Source: Patescibacteria group bacterium (lineage in GTDB: Bacteria > Patescibacteriota > Patescibacteriia > UBA1558 > GWA2-36-10). Taken from it: a stretch of DNA of 53,567 nt. This document shows, in pieces, positions 1 through 9,946 of the stretch. The DNA lies in contig JAGORJ010000002.1 in NCBI GenBank assembly GCA_018062885.1, positions 1 through 53,567 on the forward strand, in the 5' to 3' direction. The notes beneath the pieces were generated by a model. It was not told the origin of the DNA. It ran no database searches and saw nothing but the letters and a program-made list of their open reading frames with translations. A program made the position numbers and the translations under genes. Numbering within the stretch: the first letter of the stretch is position 1; each line of letters opens with the position of its first letter.

Positions 1-71
1 AGCTCTGGCACCTCTCCGGATATAAAATTTTTCCCTTTTTATAACAATAATGCTAAAATAAGGCTAAACTT

Positions 72-1481
72 ATGTTATCACATTCTTTTATAAAAACCAA
101 GATAAATTGGCAGCAAATTTTGCTCCTGATTTCAGGCTTTTTTGCTCTCAGATTATTGTCTTTTTTGCTCAAAGACAGCCAAATTGGCCAAGATATCTTT
201 GTTTGGCTCAATGTTTTGCTATTATTAGTTTTATTTTACAAAAACAAATCTCTTGCCTGGTATTATCTGCTACTAGAGTTTATCTTAGGTGGAGCAGGGC
301 TATTTTTCCAAAGCTTTGCTTTGTCTTTAAGGACAATTCTCACACTAGAGTTTTTAGGCCTTTATTTTTTGGCTGACTTAAAAATATTTAAAAAAGATTT
401 TTGGTATAGAAATAAAAAGGCCTTGTTATTTTTTGTAGTTGCTCTGCTATTTTTGATTAGTAGTCTTTATTTAGGCCTAAAAAATAATCACCCTCTACTA
501 TTTATTGTTCAAGATCTTTTGCCTTTTATTTTTTTCTTGTTAGTTTTTCCGGCTAAAGAATATTTTAACCCTGAAAAAATATCTTCTCAGCTGCTAAATG
601 GTCTTTTGGCTTTTTTGGCTGCCTCCAGTCTGTGGTCAATGTTTAATCTCATACTTTTTAGGACAGGCATCAGTGTTTTACATGCTGACTACTACAATTG
701 GCTAAGAGATTTTGCTTTGGCAAAGATCACTTATTTAGACTCCGGCTTTTGGCGCATTGTTTTTCCTGAACATTTGCTACTGGTGCCGGCGATGATATTT
801 TTAATTGCCTTATACATCAAGACAAAAGACAAATTGATTTTAATTTTTTTAGCGCTGGCTAATATTATTTTGGCTTTGAATATTTCGCGCGCTTATTTAT
901 TGGCCCTGCTAGTCGCTTTGCTAATCTTAAAATACCAAACAAAAATTTTTACTTGGTTTAAAATTTGCGCAATTACTTTGTTTGGCTTTATTTTAATATT
1001 TTTTGCCATTAATTTGAGTGTCAGTGCTGGCAAAAACTTGGGCTTAAATATCTTGGGCTTGAGACTACCAGGCATTACCCAAATCAACACTGACCCCAGT
1101 GCTAATAACCGCTTACAGCTACTTGGGCCTATCTGGAAAAATATCCAAAACTCTCCTCTCTTTGGCCAAGGCTTAGGCCTTGATCTGACTTTTGTAAATA
1201 CCCAAAAACAAAGTGTCACTACTCGTCATTTTGATTGGGGCTACTTAGAAATTTGGGCTAAATTTGGCTTATTTTTTCTAGTGTTTTTTATCAGTCTCTG
1301 GTTGATATTAATAAAAAATCTATTTAAACAAAAACAAGCCTTTGCTTTGGCTTGTGTGGCGAGCTTAGTCGCTATCTTAGTCTCAAATATTTTGGCCCAA
1401 ACTAGCTTACATATTTTGGGCGTGATTTTCTTTAGTTTGAGCCTAGCTTTTAGTCAAAACTCAAAGGCAGATATTCTGTAA
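72..1481 (+). CDS. O-antigen ligase/polymerase-like polytopic membrane protein
   Basis: 469-aa ORF with many hydrophobic spans. A Wzy_C-like stretch NISRAYLLALLVALLIL is followed by a larger loop. Neighbours are CapA, a second ligase-like protein and a Wzx-type flippase. Confidence 0.55.
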   Translation: MLSHSFIKTKINWQQILLLISGFFALRLLSFLLKDSQIGQDIFVWLNVLLLLVLFYKNKSLAWYYLLLEFILGGAGLFFQSFALSLRTILTLEFLGLYFLADLKIFKKDFWYRNKKALLFFVVALLFLISSLYLGLKNNHPLLFIVQDLLPFIFFLLVFPAKEYFNPEKISSQLLNGLLAFLAASSLWSMFNLILFRTGISVLHADYYNWLRDFALAKITYLDSGFWRIVFPEHLLLVPAMIFLIALYIKTKDKLILIFLALANIILALNISRAYLLALLVALLILKYQTKIFTWFKICAITLFGFILIFFAINLSVSAGKNLGLNILGLRLPGITQINTDPSANNRLQLLGPIWKNIQNSPLFGQGLGLDLTFVNTQKQSVTTRHFDWGYLEIWAKFGLFFLVFFISLWLILIKNLFKQKQAFALACVASLVAILVSNILAQTSLHILGVIFFSLSLAFSQNSKADIL

Positions 1482-2565
1482 GCTTAAAATCTAGTTTAGA
1501 ATTTTTGTTTAAATTCTCCAAAAATTTATTTTTATCTACATCTAGCATCAAGCTTGCTTGAGCGAGTTTGATATCTACTGGATAAAGCTCAATTTTATTT
1601 TCTGTATCATCTAAAATTAATTTCAAAGCTAAACCTTGCTGTGTATTTACAGAAAAATACTGATCAAAAATAAAATTGCCTAAAGAATAAAAAATATATT
1701 TATTTTTGTATTGCTCAATATCTTGCACCACATGGGGATGATGACCGATGATCAAGTCAACACCAGAGTCTATCAGCTTGTGCGCCAAAATTTCCTGAGA
1801 ATTAGCATGCTTAGTATTGTACTCTAGCCCCCAATGCACAAAAACAATATCCAAAACATTTTCTTCTACTTGCTGGCTGATGTTATCTAGGGCTTTTGCT
1901 TCATCAAAGTCTCCGCCAAAATCATAAAGACCAAACAAATTTATCTCCTGTCCATCTTTAGAGATTCTGACAGCCTTGTCTTGTCCAGAATTTTTATTTT
2001 GACCAAAACCAAGGATATTATTTTTATTTAAATATTCTTTGGTCTCTGTCTCTGCGCCAAGATATGGATCGTTGGTATGATTATTGGCTTGTGACAAATA
2101 GTCAAAACCTGCTTTTGCTAAAACTTCGGCTTTGTTTGGAGCAAAAGAAAAACGCACTGTGTTGTTTGGGACAGTAAAATAGTTTTTAATAATAGGACCC
2201 TCTAAATTGCCTACTGTAAAATCAGCCGAAGTTAAAAAATCTTTGATTTTTAAGAAAGGATATTCTTCATTTTTGGCTTGTTTTCCCAAAAAATCTACAT
2301 GTCGAGCCAACATAATATCACCGACAAATATCAACTCCACTGGACTGCTAGTAGCCAAAGCTTGTTCTAAATCAATGGTGCTGGTAGGCGTGCTTTCTGG
2401 CCAAAAATTATCTGCCTTGTGATCCTCTGGAACAAGGCTAGTGTCTGTCGGTAAAAATAAAGTTTTATTATAATAGGCTAAACTAAAACCTAACAACAAA
2501 AAAATAAAGGCCAAACAAAATAAAATAATAATAATTGTTTTATGTTTGATCATTTTTTTGTGCAA
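1450..2565 (-). CDS. CapA-family metallophosphoesterase (capsule/poly-gamma-glutamate synthesis protein-like) with N-terminal membrane anchor
   Basis: 371-aa ORF. Motifs GDIMLARHV, NLEGP, ANNHTND, VHWGLEY and GHHPHV fit the CapA/PGA_cap metallophosphatase pattern. N-terminal TM helix. Confidence 0.75.
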   Translation of the reverse strand: MHKKMIKHKTIIIILFCLAFIFLLLGFSLAYYNKTLFLPTDTSLVPEDHKADNFWPESTPTSTIDLEQALATSSPVELIFVGDIMLARHVDFLGKQAKNEEYPFLKIKDFLTSADFTVGNLEGPIIKNYFTVPNNTVRFSFAPNKAEVLAKAGFDYLSQANNHTNDPYLGAETETKEYLNKNNILGFGQNKNSGQDKAVRISKDGQEINLFGLYDFGGDFDEAKALDNISQQVEENVLDIVFVHWGLEYNTKHANSQEILAHKLIDSGVDLIIGHHPHVVQDIEQYKNKYIFYSLGNFIFDQYFSVNTQQGLALKLILDDTENKIELYPVDIKLAQASLMLDVDKNKFLENLNKNSKLDFKLTEYLPLSFD

Positions 2566-3820
2566 TAACCAATAGACCCAAAAAAAGGAAAAATAAAACG
2601 CTTAAATCATTTTTAAAATAAGGCACATCAACTAAACCGTGAATAAACCAGACTATCAAAAATAAAGCTAAAGGCCAAGCTAAAATATGTTGTTTGAGAA
2701 ACAATTTTCTGAGCGCTTGGATGATATAAACTAAAAGTAAAATAAAAACTATCAAACCCAGTAAACCTAGCTCCACCCAAAAATTCAAAAAGATATTGTG
2801 TGGATACAAAAATATTTCCAGCCAAGTAATTTGATGATACTGGATCATCAAAGTTTGATAGTTATTTAAGCCAGCACCAAAAAGCCAATGATCCTTTAAT
2901 AAATTTACTGCCTCTTGCCATTGTAGACCACGAATAGCCAATGAGCTAGTAAAATGACTAGCTACCGGATGAAGCAAATCTTGCCAAGCTTGAATGATAT
3001 AAGCTTTAAGCGGTGAGAAAAATAAAATAAACATGCTAAGCGCCAATAAGCCAGCCCGATAAATTTTTTGTTTAAGCTGACAAAACACAAAAACAAACAA
3101 GGCAAAGGCTAACGCCAATAATGCTCCTTCACTTTTAGTTGCCAAAACCAAAACAAAGCCGACAATAGAAGCTAGTAAGTAAGCTATTTTTTCTACTTTG
3201 TCTTTTAGCTTAAAACTTAGGGCAAATAAAAAACCGCTCAAAGGAGCTACAAGTAGCGCCAAAGCGTTGGGGTAAGAAAACAAGCCCGTAAGTCTTTTTA
3301 TATTGGGGAAATTATAAGCAGCAGGTAAATTCCAGGCACTAAAATACTGCCAAAGACTGACCGTGCCTAAAGCAAAAATGAGGATGGACATAGCCCAAAA
3401 GACAGTTTTTAGATCCCGAAATTTTTTGAAGCTGTAAACAAAAACTAAGAAAAACATCAGGCTTTCCAAAAAATAAGCTCGCCATAAACCCAAGGAGCTC
3501 AGACTAAAGCTGACAAACACCGATCCTAAAGAAAGCAATAACCAAGCGGCTAATAAAAACTTAAGCTTTTTGTCTAGGGGGTTGATGTTGGGGTTTTGCC
3601 AAAAATAGTTTATTCTTTCCCACTTTTTATCTTTGATAAGCCAAAAGACAAACAAAGACAAAATCATCAGCTCCAAAAAAGTAGAAGGCAAACCAAAAAA
3701 ATCTAAGCGCCACAAATAACTAGGCAATAAAAAAATTAACATTGCTAGAGCCCATTGAAAATGGCGGTGAGCTAGCATTAAGAAAAAAATAATACCTACT
3801 ATGGCTAAAATTTCTGACAT
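2540..3820 (-). CDS. O-antigen ligase-like polytopic membrane protein
   Basis: 426-aa ORF with >=10 hydrophobic spans. TKSEGALLALAFALFVF segment plus loop, as in the Wzy_C family. Start overlaps the flippase stop, suggesting an operon. Confidence 0.55.
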   Translation of the reverse strand: MSEILAIVGIIFFLMLAHRHFQWALAMLIFLLPSYLWRLDFFGLPSTFLELMILSLFVFWLIKDKKWERINYFWQNPNINPLDKKLKFLLAAWLLLSLGSVFVSFSLSSLGLWRAYFLESLMFFLVFVYSFKKFRDLKTVFWAMSILIFALGTVSLWQYFSAWNLPAAYNFPNIKRLTGLFSYPNALALLVAPLSGFLFALSFKLKDKVEKIAYLLASIVGFVLVLATKSEGALLALAFALFVFVFCQLKQKIYRAGLLALSMFILFFSPLKAYIIQAWQDLLHPVASHFTSSLAIRGLQWQEAVNLLKDHWLFGAGLNNYQTLMIQYHQITWLEIFLYPHNIFLNFWVELGLLGLIVFILLLVYIIQALRKLFLKQHILAWPLALFLIVWFIHGLVDVPYFKNDLSVLFFLFLGLLVIAQKNDQT

Positions 3821-5244
3821 TATTTTTTATTTAATAGTTGTTTAAATAAATCTTTATCAACGGCTTTGAAAAAATACAAACAAAGACCATAAACAAGCAA
3901 AGCAATCATCGGTAAAAAAATAAACGGCAAATCTTTAACAAAATAGACCGCCAAAAAAGCCACCAACATTGACTCGCCAACTTTGTAAACAACAGTGAGA
4001 TTACTTTTTAAATTTAATTTTTGTTTAATTACCAGCCAAGCAAAAAACCAAAGCATAATCTCTACTGCCACAGTCATCCAAGCAGCCGCCCAATAGCCAA
4101 ACTTTGGGATAAAGATAAAATAGCCAGCCAAACCAAAAATTGCCACTAGTAAAAAATATTTTACCATGGCTTTTTGCTCGCCAATGGCTACTACCAAATA
4201 AGAAAACATCGTACCAAAATAAATCGCCGCAGTCGCTAAGATCAAAATATTTAAAATTGGTCCAGAAGCCGCAAAGTCTGCGCCTGCTAAAATTATCATC
4301 AAGGGCTTACTAACTAGCCAAACTCCCAAGAGCATTGCTCCTGAGATAATCACAAAAAAATCAAAAGTATTTTGCCAAATGTTTTTGAGGGCCTCATAGT
4401 TTTTTGCAACGTACGCTGCCGTAAACAAAGGCAAAATCAAACTCATAAACATGTGAGGAAAAGTGGTCAAAACTTCCAAAACCCGATAAGGCGCGCCATA
4501 CAAACCGACATCCTCTGGGCGAGCATAGGCTGATAAAATCAAAGTGTCGGCTTTGAAATAAATCAAATTCAAGACAACGGTCACCGCCAATGGCCAAGTG
4601 CTAAGCAATATTTTTTTCCAATAAGCAAAGTCCCAAGCAAAACTAAGCTTTACGTGCTTTCTCAAGAAAAATAACAAGAGTACAAAAGCCACACCCTGAC
4701 TAAAAGAATTCCAAGCCAAGACTGAAGCTAAACTGCCACCGTGAAAAAACAAATAAAGCGCAATGAAAAAATAAATCAGCTTGTTAGCCAGATCGGCGAT
4801 AGCCACTCTAGGCATCTCTAGTTTTTTGGCAAAGACAGCTGAAAGAGTAGAAAATAAACTTTGAAAAAAGAAGGCTAGTAAAAAATAAACAATGTTGTTT
4901 TTTACTTCCGCGTCATAGGGCAGAAAAAATACTACTAGTGGAGCTAGTCCCAAAAAAAAGATTGAGGCAAAAAAACGAATGGTAAAAATATTATTAACTG
5001 CCTTGCTCTCAGCGTTTTTATCTTTAGCCTCCGAAATCTCTCGCAAAAGCGTCAGATAAAGTCCTAGATCAGCAAAAATAACAAAAATTTGCACAAAGGC
5101 AAAAATCGTGGTGTAAAAACCAAAGTGTGTCGTCCCCAAAATACGCGTAACTAAACCCAAATTTAAAACACCAATCAAAATACCACCGGCCCGAATAACA
5201 GTCTGCCATAAGGTGTTAGAAAATATCTTGTTTGCTGTAGACAT
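3820..5244 (-). CDS. MOP-superfamily polysaccharide flippase (Wzx-like)
   Basis: 474-aa ORF with about 12-14 TM spans. N-terminal NTLWQTVIRAGGILIGVLNLGLVTRILG pattern is typical of polysaccharide-biosynthesis flippases. Confidence 0.7.
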   Translation of the reverse strand: MSTANKIFSNTLWQTVIRAGGILIGVLNLGLVTRILGTTHFGFYTTIFAFVQIFVIFADLGLYLTLLREISEAKDKNAESKAVNNIFTIRFFASIFFLGLAPLVVFFLPYDAEVKNNIVYFLLAFFFQSLFSTLSAVFAKKLEMPRVAIADLANKLIYFFIALYLFFHGGSLASVLAWNSFSQGVAFVLLLFFLRKHVKLSFAWDFAYWKKILLSTWPLAVTVVLNLIYFKADTLILSAYARPEDVGLYGAPYRVLEVLTTFPHMFMSLILPLFTAAYVAKNYEALKNIWQNTFDFFVIISGAMLLGVWLVSKPLMIILAGADFAASGPILNILILATAAIYFGTMFSYLVVAIGEQKAMVKYFLLVAIFGLAGYFIFIPKFGYWAAAWMTVAVEIMLWFFAWLVIKQKLNLKSNLTVVYKVGESMLVAFLAVYFVKDLPFIFLPMIALLVYGLCLYFFKAVDKDLFKQLLNKK

Positions 5245-5245
5245 A

Positions 5246-5307
5246 TCCCGTTAGAAATTTATTTCAAATTATTTAACCCTTATATTTTAATCCCATTTCT
5301 AACGGGA
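5246..5307 (-). repeat. Perfect 13-bp inverted repeat (TCCCGTTAGAAAT / ATTTCTAACGGGA) with 36-nt spacer, ending 1 nt upstream of the flippase start codon
   Basis: Read directly. Arms at 5246-5258 and 5295-5307 are exact reverse complements. The flippase ATG is at 5244-5242 on the minus strand. Confidence 0.8.
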
Positions 5308-5388
5308 CATATGGCTATTATAGCCTAAAAATAAGGATAAAAAAAGCCCCCGCACGACTTAAAGTCGGCAGGGACTTTTGCTCTAAAT

Positions 5389-6405
5389 CTATTCAATTTC
5401 TCTGGCTTTATACTCGGTCCAAACTTTTTTCTTGATATCTTTTAATAAGTCTTTATTGGCTTTCAAATAAGACTTAGCAGTTTCTCTACCTACGCCCAAT
5501 TTAGTTTCACCGTAGCTATAAGAATTACCCGCTTTGGTAATCACACCAAAGTTTAAGCCCACATCCAAAACATCGCCGGCTACTGAGATGCCTTCATTGT
5601 ACATGATGTCAAAAGTAGCACCTTTGAAAGGAGCGGCTACTTTATTTTTAACAATCTTGGCATTTACTTGGTTACCAATGATTTTATCTCCTTGTTTGAT
5701 TTGAGCAGACCGCCTGACTTCAATACGAACAGAAGAATAAAACTTCAAAGCATTGCCACCAGAGGTAGTCTCGGGATTACCAAAAAATACACCGATCTTC
5801 ATGCGAATCTGATTAATGAAAATCACAGTGGTATTGCTCTTGTGCACAATGCCAGCTAGTTTTCTCAAAGCTTGTGACATCAGTCTGGCCTGCAAACCCA
5901 TATGTGAATCACCCATGTCACCCTCAATTTCAGCTTTGGGTACCAAAGCCGACACCGAGTCAATGATAATCACACCCACACCGTTTGATCTCACTAGAGT
6001 TTCTACGATTTCCAAAGCTTGTTCACCAGTATCTGGCTGGGAAATAAGTAACTCGTCTATATTTACTCCGATTTTTCTTGCATAGTCTGGATCTAAGGCA
6101 TGCTCAGCGTCCACAAAAGCCGCTACATTACCTTCTTTTTGTACTTCAGCGGCAATGTGCTGTGCTAAAGTAGTTTTACCGCTTGACTCTGGTCCATAAA
6201 TTTCGATAATTCTACCTTTTGGCACACCGCCAACACCCAAAGCAATATCTAAAGACAAACAACCAGTGGAAACAGCTTCCACATTCATGGCTTTGGCCTC
6301 ACCTAGTTTCATGATTGAGCCTTCACCAAAACGATCGCGTATTTGATTGATAGCATTCAGGGTTTCTGCGCTAAATTTACCCTCCATTTTCTTTTTTTCT
6401 GCCAT
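5389..6405 (-). CDS. recA: Recombinase RecA
   Basis: 338 aa. Walker [25 protein letters not shown] and IFINQIR motifs. Full-length similarity pattern to RecA. Confidence 0.97.
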   Translation of the reverse strand: MAEKKKMEGKFSAETLNAINQIRDRFGEGSIMKLGEAKAMNVEAVSTGCLSLDIALGVGGVPKGRIIEIYGPESSGKTTLAQHIAAEVQKEGNVAAFVDAEHALDPDYARKIGVNIDELLISQPDTGEQALEIVETLVRSNGVGVIIIDSVSALVPKAEIEGDMGDSHMGLQARLMSQALRKLAGIVHKSNTTVIFINQIRMKIGVFFGNPETTSGGNALKFYSSVRIEVRRSAQIKQGDKIIGNQVNAKIVKNKVAAPFKGATFDIMYNEGISVAGDVLDVGLNFGVITKAGNSYSYGETKLGVGRETAKSYLKANKDLLKDIKKKVWTEYKAREIE

Positions 6406-6460
6406 ATTTTTTACCTTTTCCGAGCAAGTTCGGCCTGTTTGAAAAAACTTGCCTTAATTA

Positions 6461-7129
6461 TTATTCTGTTGATTCTCGCAAGACCTTAAGTTCCACAACT
6501 CTTATCTTGCTATGCTTCTTTTTAGCATTTATTAATAAATTATTCAAGCCGAGTGACAAATTGACCTCTTTACTAAAATTACCATCTGTGTCTAATAAAA
6601 CTAACTCCCCGTTTATGTTCAGCTGAATTTCTTTTTCGGTTTGACCACTAACCATGATACTACTAGCCGTTGTTTTAGTGTTATCATTTGGCTGAGTGAT
6701 AGTGATTTTTGGTGGACTGATGATATTATTTATTTCCCAAGCCAGATAAGAGAGTACTGCTAAAACAATAAAAGCCACTGAAACTTTTTTTAAAAATTGT
6801 GGCCCTAAAAATTGCCAAATCTTTTTCTCTTTTCGTTCTTCCACTGCTACAAATTTCTGTCCCACGGATTTTTCTAGTTTATAATCTACCAATAACTCAC
6901 TAACATTTAAATTCAAAAATTTTCCGTAGAGTTTGAGCCAGTTGCGCACATAAACATCTCCCGGCAAACTGTCATAGTCAGCACTTTCTAAAAATTCAAG
7001 ATACTTTTTTTGTACGCCAATTTTAGTTTGCACGTCATTCAAAGACAAAGACTGTTCTAAGCGAGCATTTTTTAAACGATTAGCCACCGTTTGTCCTTTG
7101 TTGATAGTTTTTTTTTGAAAAGTTGCCAT
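6461..7129 (-). CDS. RodZ-like HTH (XRE-type) membrane protein
   Basis: 222 aa. N-terminal HTH (LKNARLEQSLSLNDVQTKIGVQKKYLEFLE), a single TM span, and a beta-rich C-terminal domain. Immediately downstream of ftsK. Confidence 0.6.
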   Translation of the reverse strand: MATFQKKTINKGQTVANRLKNARLEQSLSLNDVQTKIGVQKKYLEFLESADYDSLPGDVYVRNWLKLYGKFLNLNVSELLVDYKLEKSVGQKFVAVEERKEKKIWQFLGPQFLKKVSVAFIVLAVLSYLAWEINNIISPPKITITQPNDNTKTTASSIMVSGQTEKEIQLNINGELVLLDTDGNFSKEVNLSLGLNNLLINAKKKHSKIRVVELKVLRESTE

Positions 7130-7131
7130 AC

Positions 7132-9393
7132 TTAAAATCTACTCTGCTCTTCTTTTTCCTCTGCCAAATCATCTTCTTCTACATCGTCACTGACTTCACC
7201 CAAATCAGTTTCATCAAGTTCTGAAGAAAAATTTTCTTCTAAATCATTTTGTGAAACTAAGACTTCTCTTGGCTTTGAACCTTCAGCTTGACCGACTACG
7301 CCCATTTCTTCCAAGATATCCAAAAGTCTGGCCGCGCGAGCATAGCCCACTCTTAAGCGACGCTGTAATAAAGTAGCCGAAGCTTTGCCGGCTTTGATCA
7401 CAATTTCTTTGGCTTCCAAAGCCAACTCGTCATCTTGCTCATCACCAGACAATGATCCACCCATGAAGCTTGCGCCACCGGAGCCTGTTTTTTCCGTAAT
7501 CTCTGTTTTGTATTCCGGTTCAGCCTGCTCTTTGACATAGTCAACTACCGCTGATATTTCTTCGTCAGTCACATAACAGCCCTGCAAACGACGAGGTTTA
7601 GCCAGCTCTGCTGTCATAAACAACATATCTCCTTTGCCGAGTAATTTTTCTGCTCCCGAGGAATCAATGATAGTTCTAGAATCAATATTTGAAGCTACCG
7701 AAAAGGCAATACGAGAGGTGATATTGGCTTTGATCAAACCAGTGATAACATTGGTTGATGGTCTCTGCGTTGCTAAAATCAAATGAATACCAACTGCTCT
7801 AGCCATTTGCGCCAAACGAATAATAGCGCCCTCAACTTCTTTGGCAGCTACCTGCATCAAGTCAGCCAGCTCATCAATGATAACTACAATGTAAGGTAAT
7901 TTATTTACTATCACAGCTGAATTGTAGCTCTCAATATTTCTCTTGCCAGCTGCCTGCAATAATTTATAGCGCTGATCCATTTCTTTTACTACCCACCTCA
8001 AAGCATTGATAGTTTTGTCAGACTCATTGATAACTGGCGTTAACAAATAAGGAATGTCGTTGTAAACTGAGAGCTCTACACGCTTAGGATCAACCATGAT
8101 AAATTTTAATTCATCCGGAGAGTTCTGATAAATCAAACTCAAAATAATATTATTTACACAAACAGATTTTCCACTGCCAGTTGCACCAGCAATCAACAAA
8201 TGTGGCATGGCAGCGAGATTGGCCATACGAGCAACACCAGCCACATCTTTACCCAAAGCAATAAAAAGATTATTTTTTCTTTTTTTGTACTCTTCGCCTT
8301 CCAAAATTTCTCTTAATTTCACAATAGAGACCGTTTGGTTTGGCACTTCAATACCAACTAAAGATTTACCAGGAATAGGCGCTTCAATACGAAGTGGATG
8401 CGCGGCCAATGAAAGGGCTAAATCATTTTGCAAAGCTAAAATATGAGAAAGTTTGACGCCTTCAGCTGGTCTCAAAGTGTATTGAGTCACAGTTGGCCCG
8501 ACATTGACTTCTCCCATAGTCACCTCAATACCAAAGTTTTCCAAAGTTTTTTGAATCTTGGACATGTGCGCGTCAATGTCACCAGAATTTGGCTTAGAGT
8601 GCGAGTGAATCAAGAGCTCGAGCGGTACAATAATCTTGCGTGGCTTACGAACAGTTTTTTCTTCTACTACTTCTTCAATTTCTTCTCCTGCTTCAGCGAT
8701 GTTTACTTTGACTGGCAGCTCAAGCGCCTCTGCTTGCACAGGAACTTCCGCTTCATATTCAAAAGTTGGTTCTAACTCTTCTGCTTCTGTTGCTTCATCA
8801 GAACCATCATCAAGCGGTAAGATTTTTTCTCGCAAAATTCCCAAGGCCTTGGCCCTATCTACCATAGCACGGAAAGAAGTATTAAAGCCCAATAAAATTC
8901 CTACTATCAGTAAGGCCAACAACAAAACTATCGCGCCCCAAAATCCCAAGAAACTTTCAAACAAGCTGGCCACGCCAAAACCCAAGGCTCCTCCACCTCT
9001 ACCTAGATCTACGACATCTTTATAATCAACTTCGTTAACAAAAAAATGAAATAGGCCAGAGTAGGCGATAATAAGTAAAAATAAACCAATATAATTAGTT
9101 ATTTTTATCAAATATTTTTCACTATTTAATAAAATAAAACTCAAAAATAATAAGAGCAACAAAAAGAGCCAGTCTCCCCAGCCAAAAGCATAGGCCAAAA
9201 CAGAGGAGAAGAAATCACCAAAAGGCCCAGCCATGTTAAACATTGATAAAATCCCCAAAAAAGCCAGTAAAAAAATCAGCACCGCGTAAATGCCTGTTTT
9301 GGTTTCCGGATCCAAAGACCAACGACTTTGATAAGGAAAATCTTCTTCCACATCATGTAAGCGTGGTCTACCCACTTTTCTTTTTTGTCCCAT
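7132..9393 (-). CDS. ftsK: DNA translocase FtsK/SpoIIIE
   Basis: 753 aa. N-terminal TM block, Walker A GATGSGKS, Walker B VVIIDELADLM, gamma winged helix LLQRRLRVGYARAARLLD. Unusually acidic C-terminal tail. Confidence 0.93.
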   Translation of the reverse strand: MGQKRKVGRPRLHDVEEDFPYQSRWSLDPETKTGIYAVLIFLLAFLGILSMFNMAGPFGDFFSSVLAYAFGWGDWLFLLLLLFLSFILLNSEKYLIKITNYIGLFLLIIAYSGLFHFFVNEVDYKDVVDLGRGGGALGFGVASLFESFLGFWGAIVLLLALLIVGILLGFNTSFRAMVDRAKALGILREKILPLDDGSDEATEAEELEPTFEYEAEVPVQAEALELPVKVNIAEAGEEIEEVVEEKTVRKPRKIIVPLELLIHSHSKPNSGDIDAHMSKIQKTLENFGIEVTMGEVNVGPTVTQYTLRPAEGVKLSHILALQNDLALSLAAHPLRIEAPIPGKSLVGIEVPNQTVSIVKLREILEGEEYKKRKNNLFIALGKDVAGVARMANLAAMPHLLIAGATGSGKSVCVNNIILSLIYQNSPDELKFIMVDPKRVELSVYNDIPYLLTPVINESDKTINALRWVVKEMDQRYKLLQAAGKRNIESYNSAVIVNKLPYIVVIIDELADLMQVAAKEVEGAIIRLAQMARAVGIHLILATQRPSTNVITGLIKANITSRIAFSVASNIDSRTIIDSSGAEKLLGKGDMLFMTAELAKPRRLQGCYVTDEEISAVVDYVKEQAEPEYKTEITEKTGSGGASFMGGSLSGDEQDDELALEAKEIVIKAGKASATLLQRRLRVGYARAARLLDILEEMGVVGQAEGSKPREVLVSQNDLEENFSSELDETDLGEVSDDVEEDDLAEEKEEQSRF

Positions 9394-9432
9394 ATTTTTT
9401 GCTAAATATAGTATATTTTAGCATATTTAAAG

Positions 9433-9462
9433 AAAAAACAAAAACCCCGGCCAAAGGCCGGG
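9433..9462 (-). terminator. Intrinsic terminator (CCCGGCC-AAA-GGCCGGG plus U-tract on minus strand) downstream of the 9542-9811 ORF
   Basis: Hairpin at 9446-9462. The A-run 9433-9444 on plus equals a U-tract on minus. Confidence 0.65.
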
Positions 9463-9541
9463 AAATGTGAGACTCACTCAAACAAATACTTTTAGGGGAA
9501 GGGGAAAACGCATCGCGTTTTCCCCTCAAAACCAGATGTCT

Positions 9542-9811
9542 CTACGACGCGAGTTGCCTAGCGGTTTGACGTTCTTCTTTAATACGTCTTTTCTTTGCCC
9601 TTAAATCCCTTGCTCGCCAAGAAGTCAGGTATTTCTTCATGGCTTTCAAGGCCCGCTTTTCTGTAGCAAAAACGGGCTTAGCCGTAACGACCGTTCGGTG
9701 ATAACAGCCATCCTTGAAAAGATTTATCTCTCCTCCCCATTTACAAGCTTCCTTGCTGTAACCAGCTGCGCAGAAAAGTCCGTTTCTTTTGCTAGTTTTT
9801 TTAGTCCGCAT
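9542..9811 (-). CDS. Hypothetical small basic Cys-containing protein (GC-rich islet)
   Basis: 89-aa ORF. AAGGAGAG Shine-Dalgarno 5 nt upstream of the ATG. Visibly higher G+C than flanks. Own downstream hairpins. No family recognised. Confidence 0.5.
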   Translation of the reverse strand: MRTKKTSKRNGLFCAAGYSKEACKWGGEINLFKDGCYHRTVVTAKPVFATEKRALKAMKKYLTSWRARDLRAKKRRIKEERQTARQLAS

Positions 9812-9911
9812 CGTGGCTCTCCTTGGCTTAGTTTATGTGCGTTCTCCTAAAAATATTTGTTTATAAAATAGACTATTTTATATCCTAACACTTTAAATAA
9901 AAATGTCCAAT

Positions 9912-9938
9912 AAAAAAACACCCCTTAAGGGGTGTTTT
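9912..9938 (-). terminator. Intrinsic terminator after rpoC (CACCCC-TTAA-GGGGTG flanked by A/T runs)
   Basis: Perfect 6-bp GC-rich stem at 9919-9934. The A-run on the plus side gives a U-tract on the minus strand. Confidence 0.75.
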
Positions 9939-9946
9939 AATAATCT

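Noticed and set aside
8207-9025. Plus-strand ORFs (79, 110 and 129 aa) inside ftsK. Similar antisense ORFs occur inside recA (5668-6085), rpoC (10131-13735), rpoB (14696-16137), the Mur ligase, dnaN, trxB (30852-31373), Hsp20 (42641-42994), VanW (43786-44163) and smc (47942-50325).
   Set aside because: All are embedded in, and antisense or out of frame to, long well-supported conserved genes. They have low-complexity translations and no start signals, so they are shadow ORFs.
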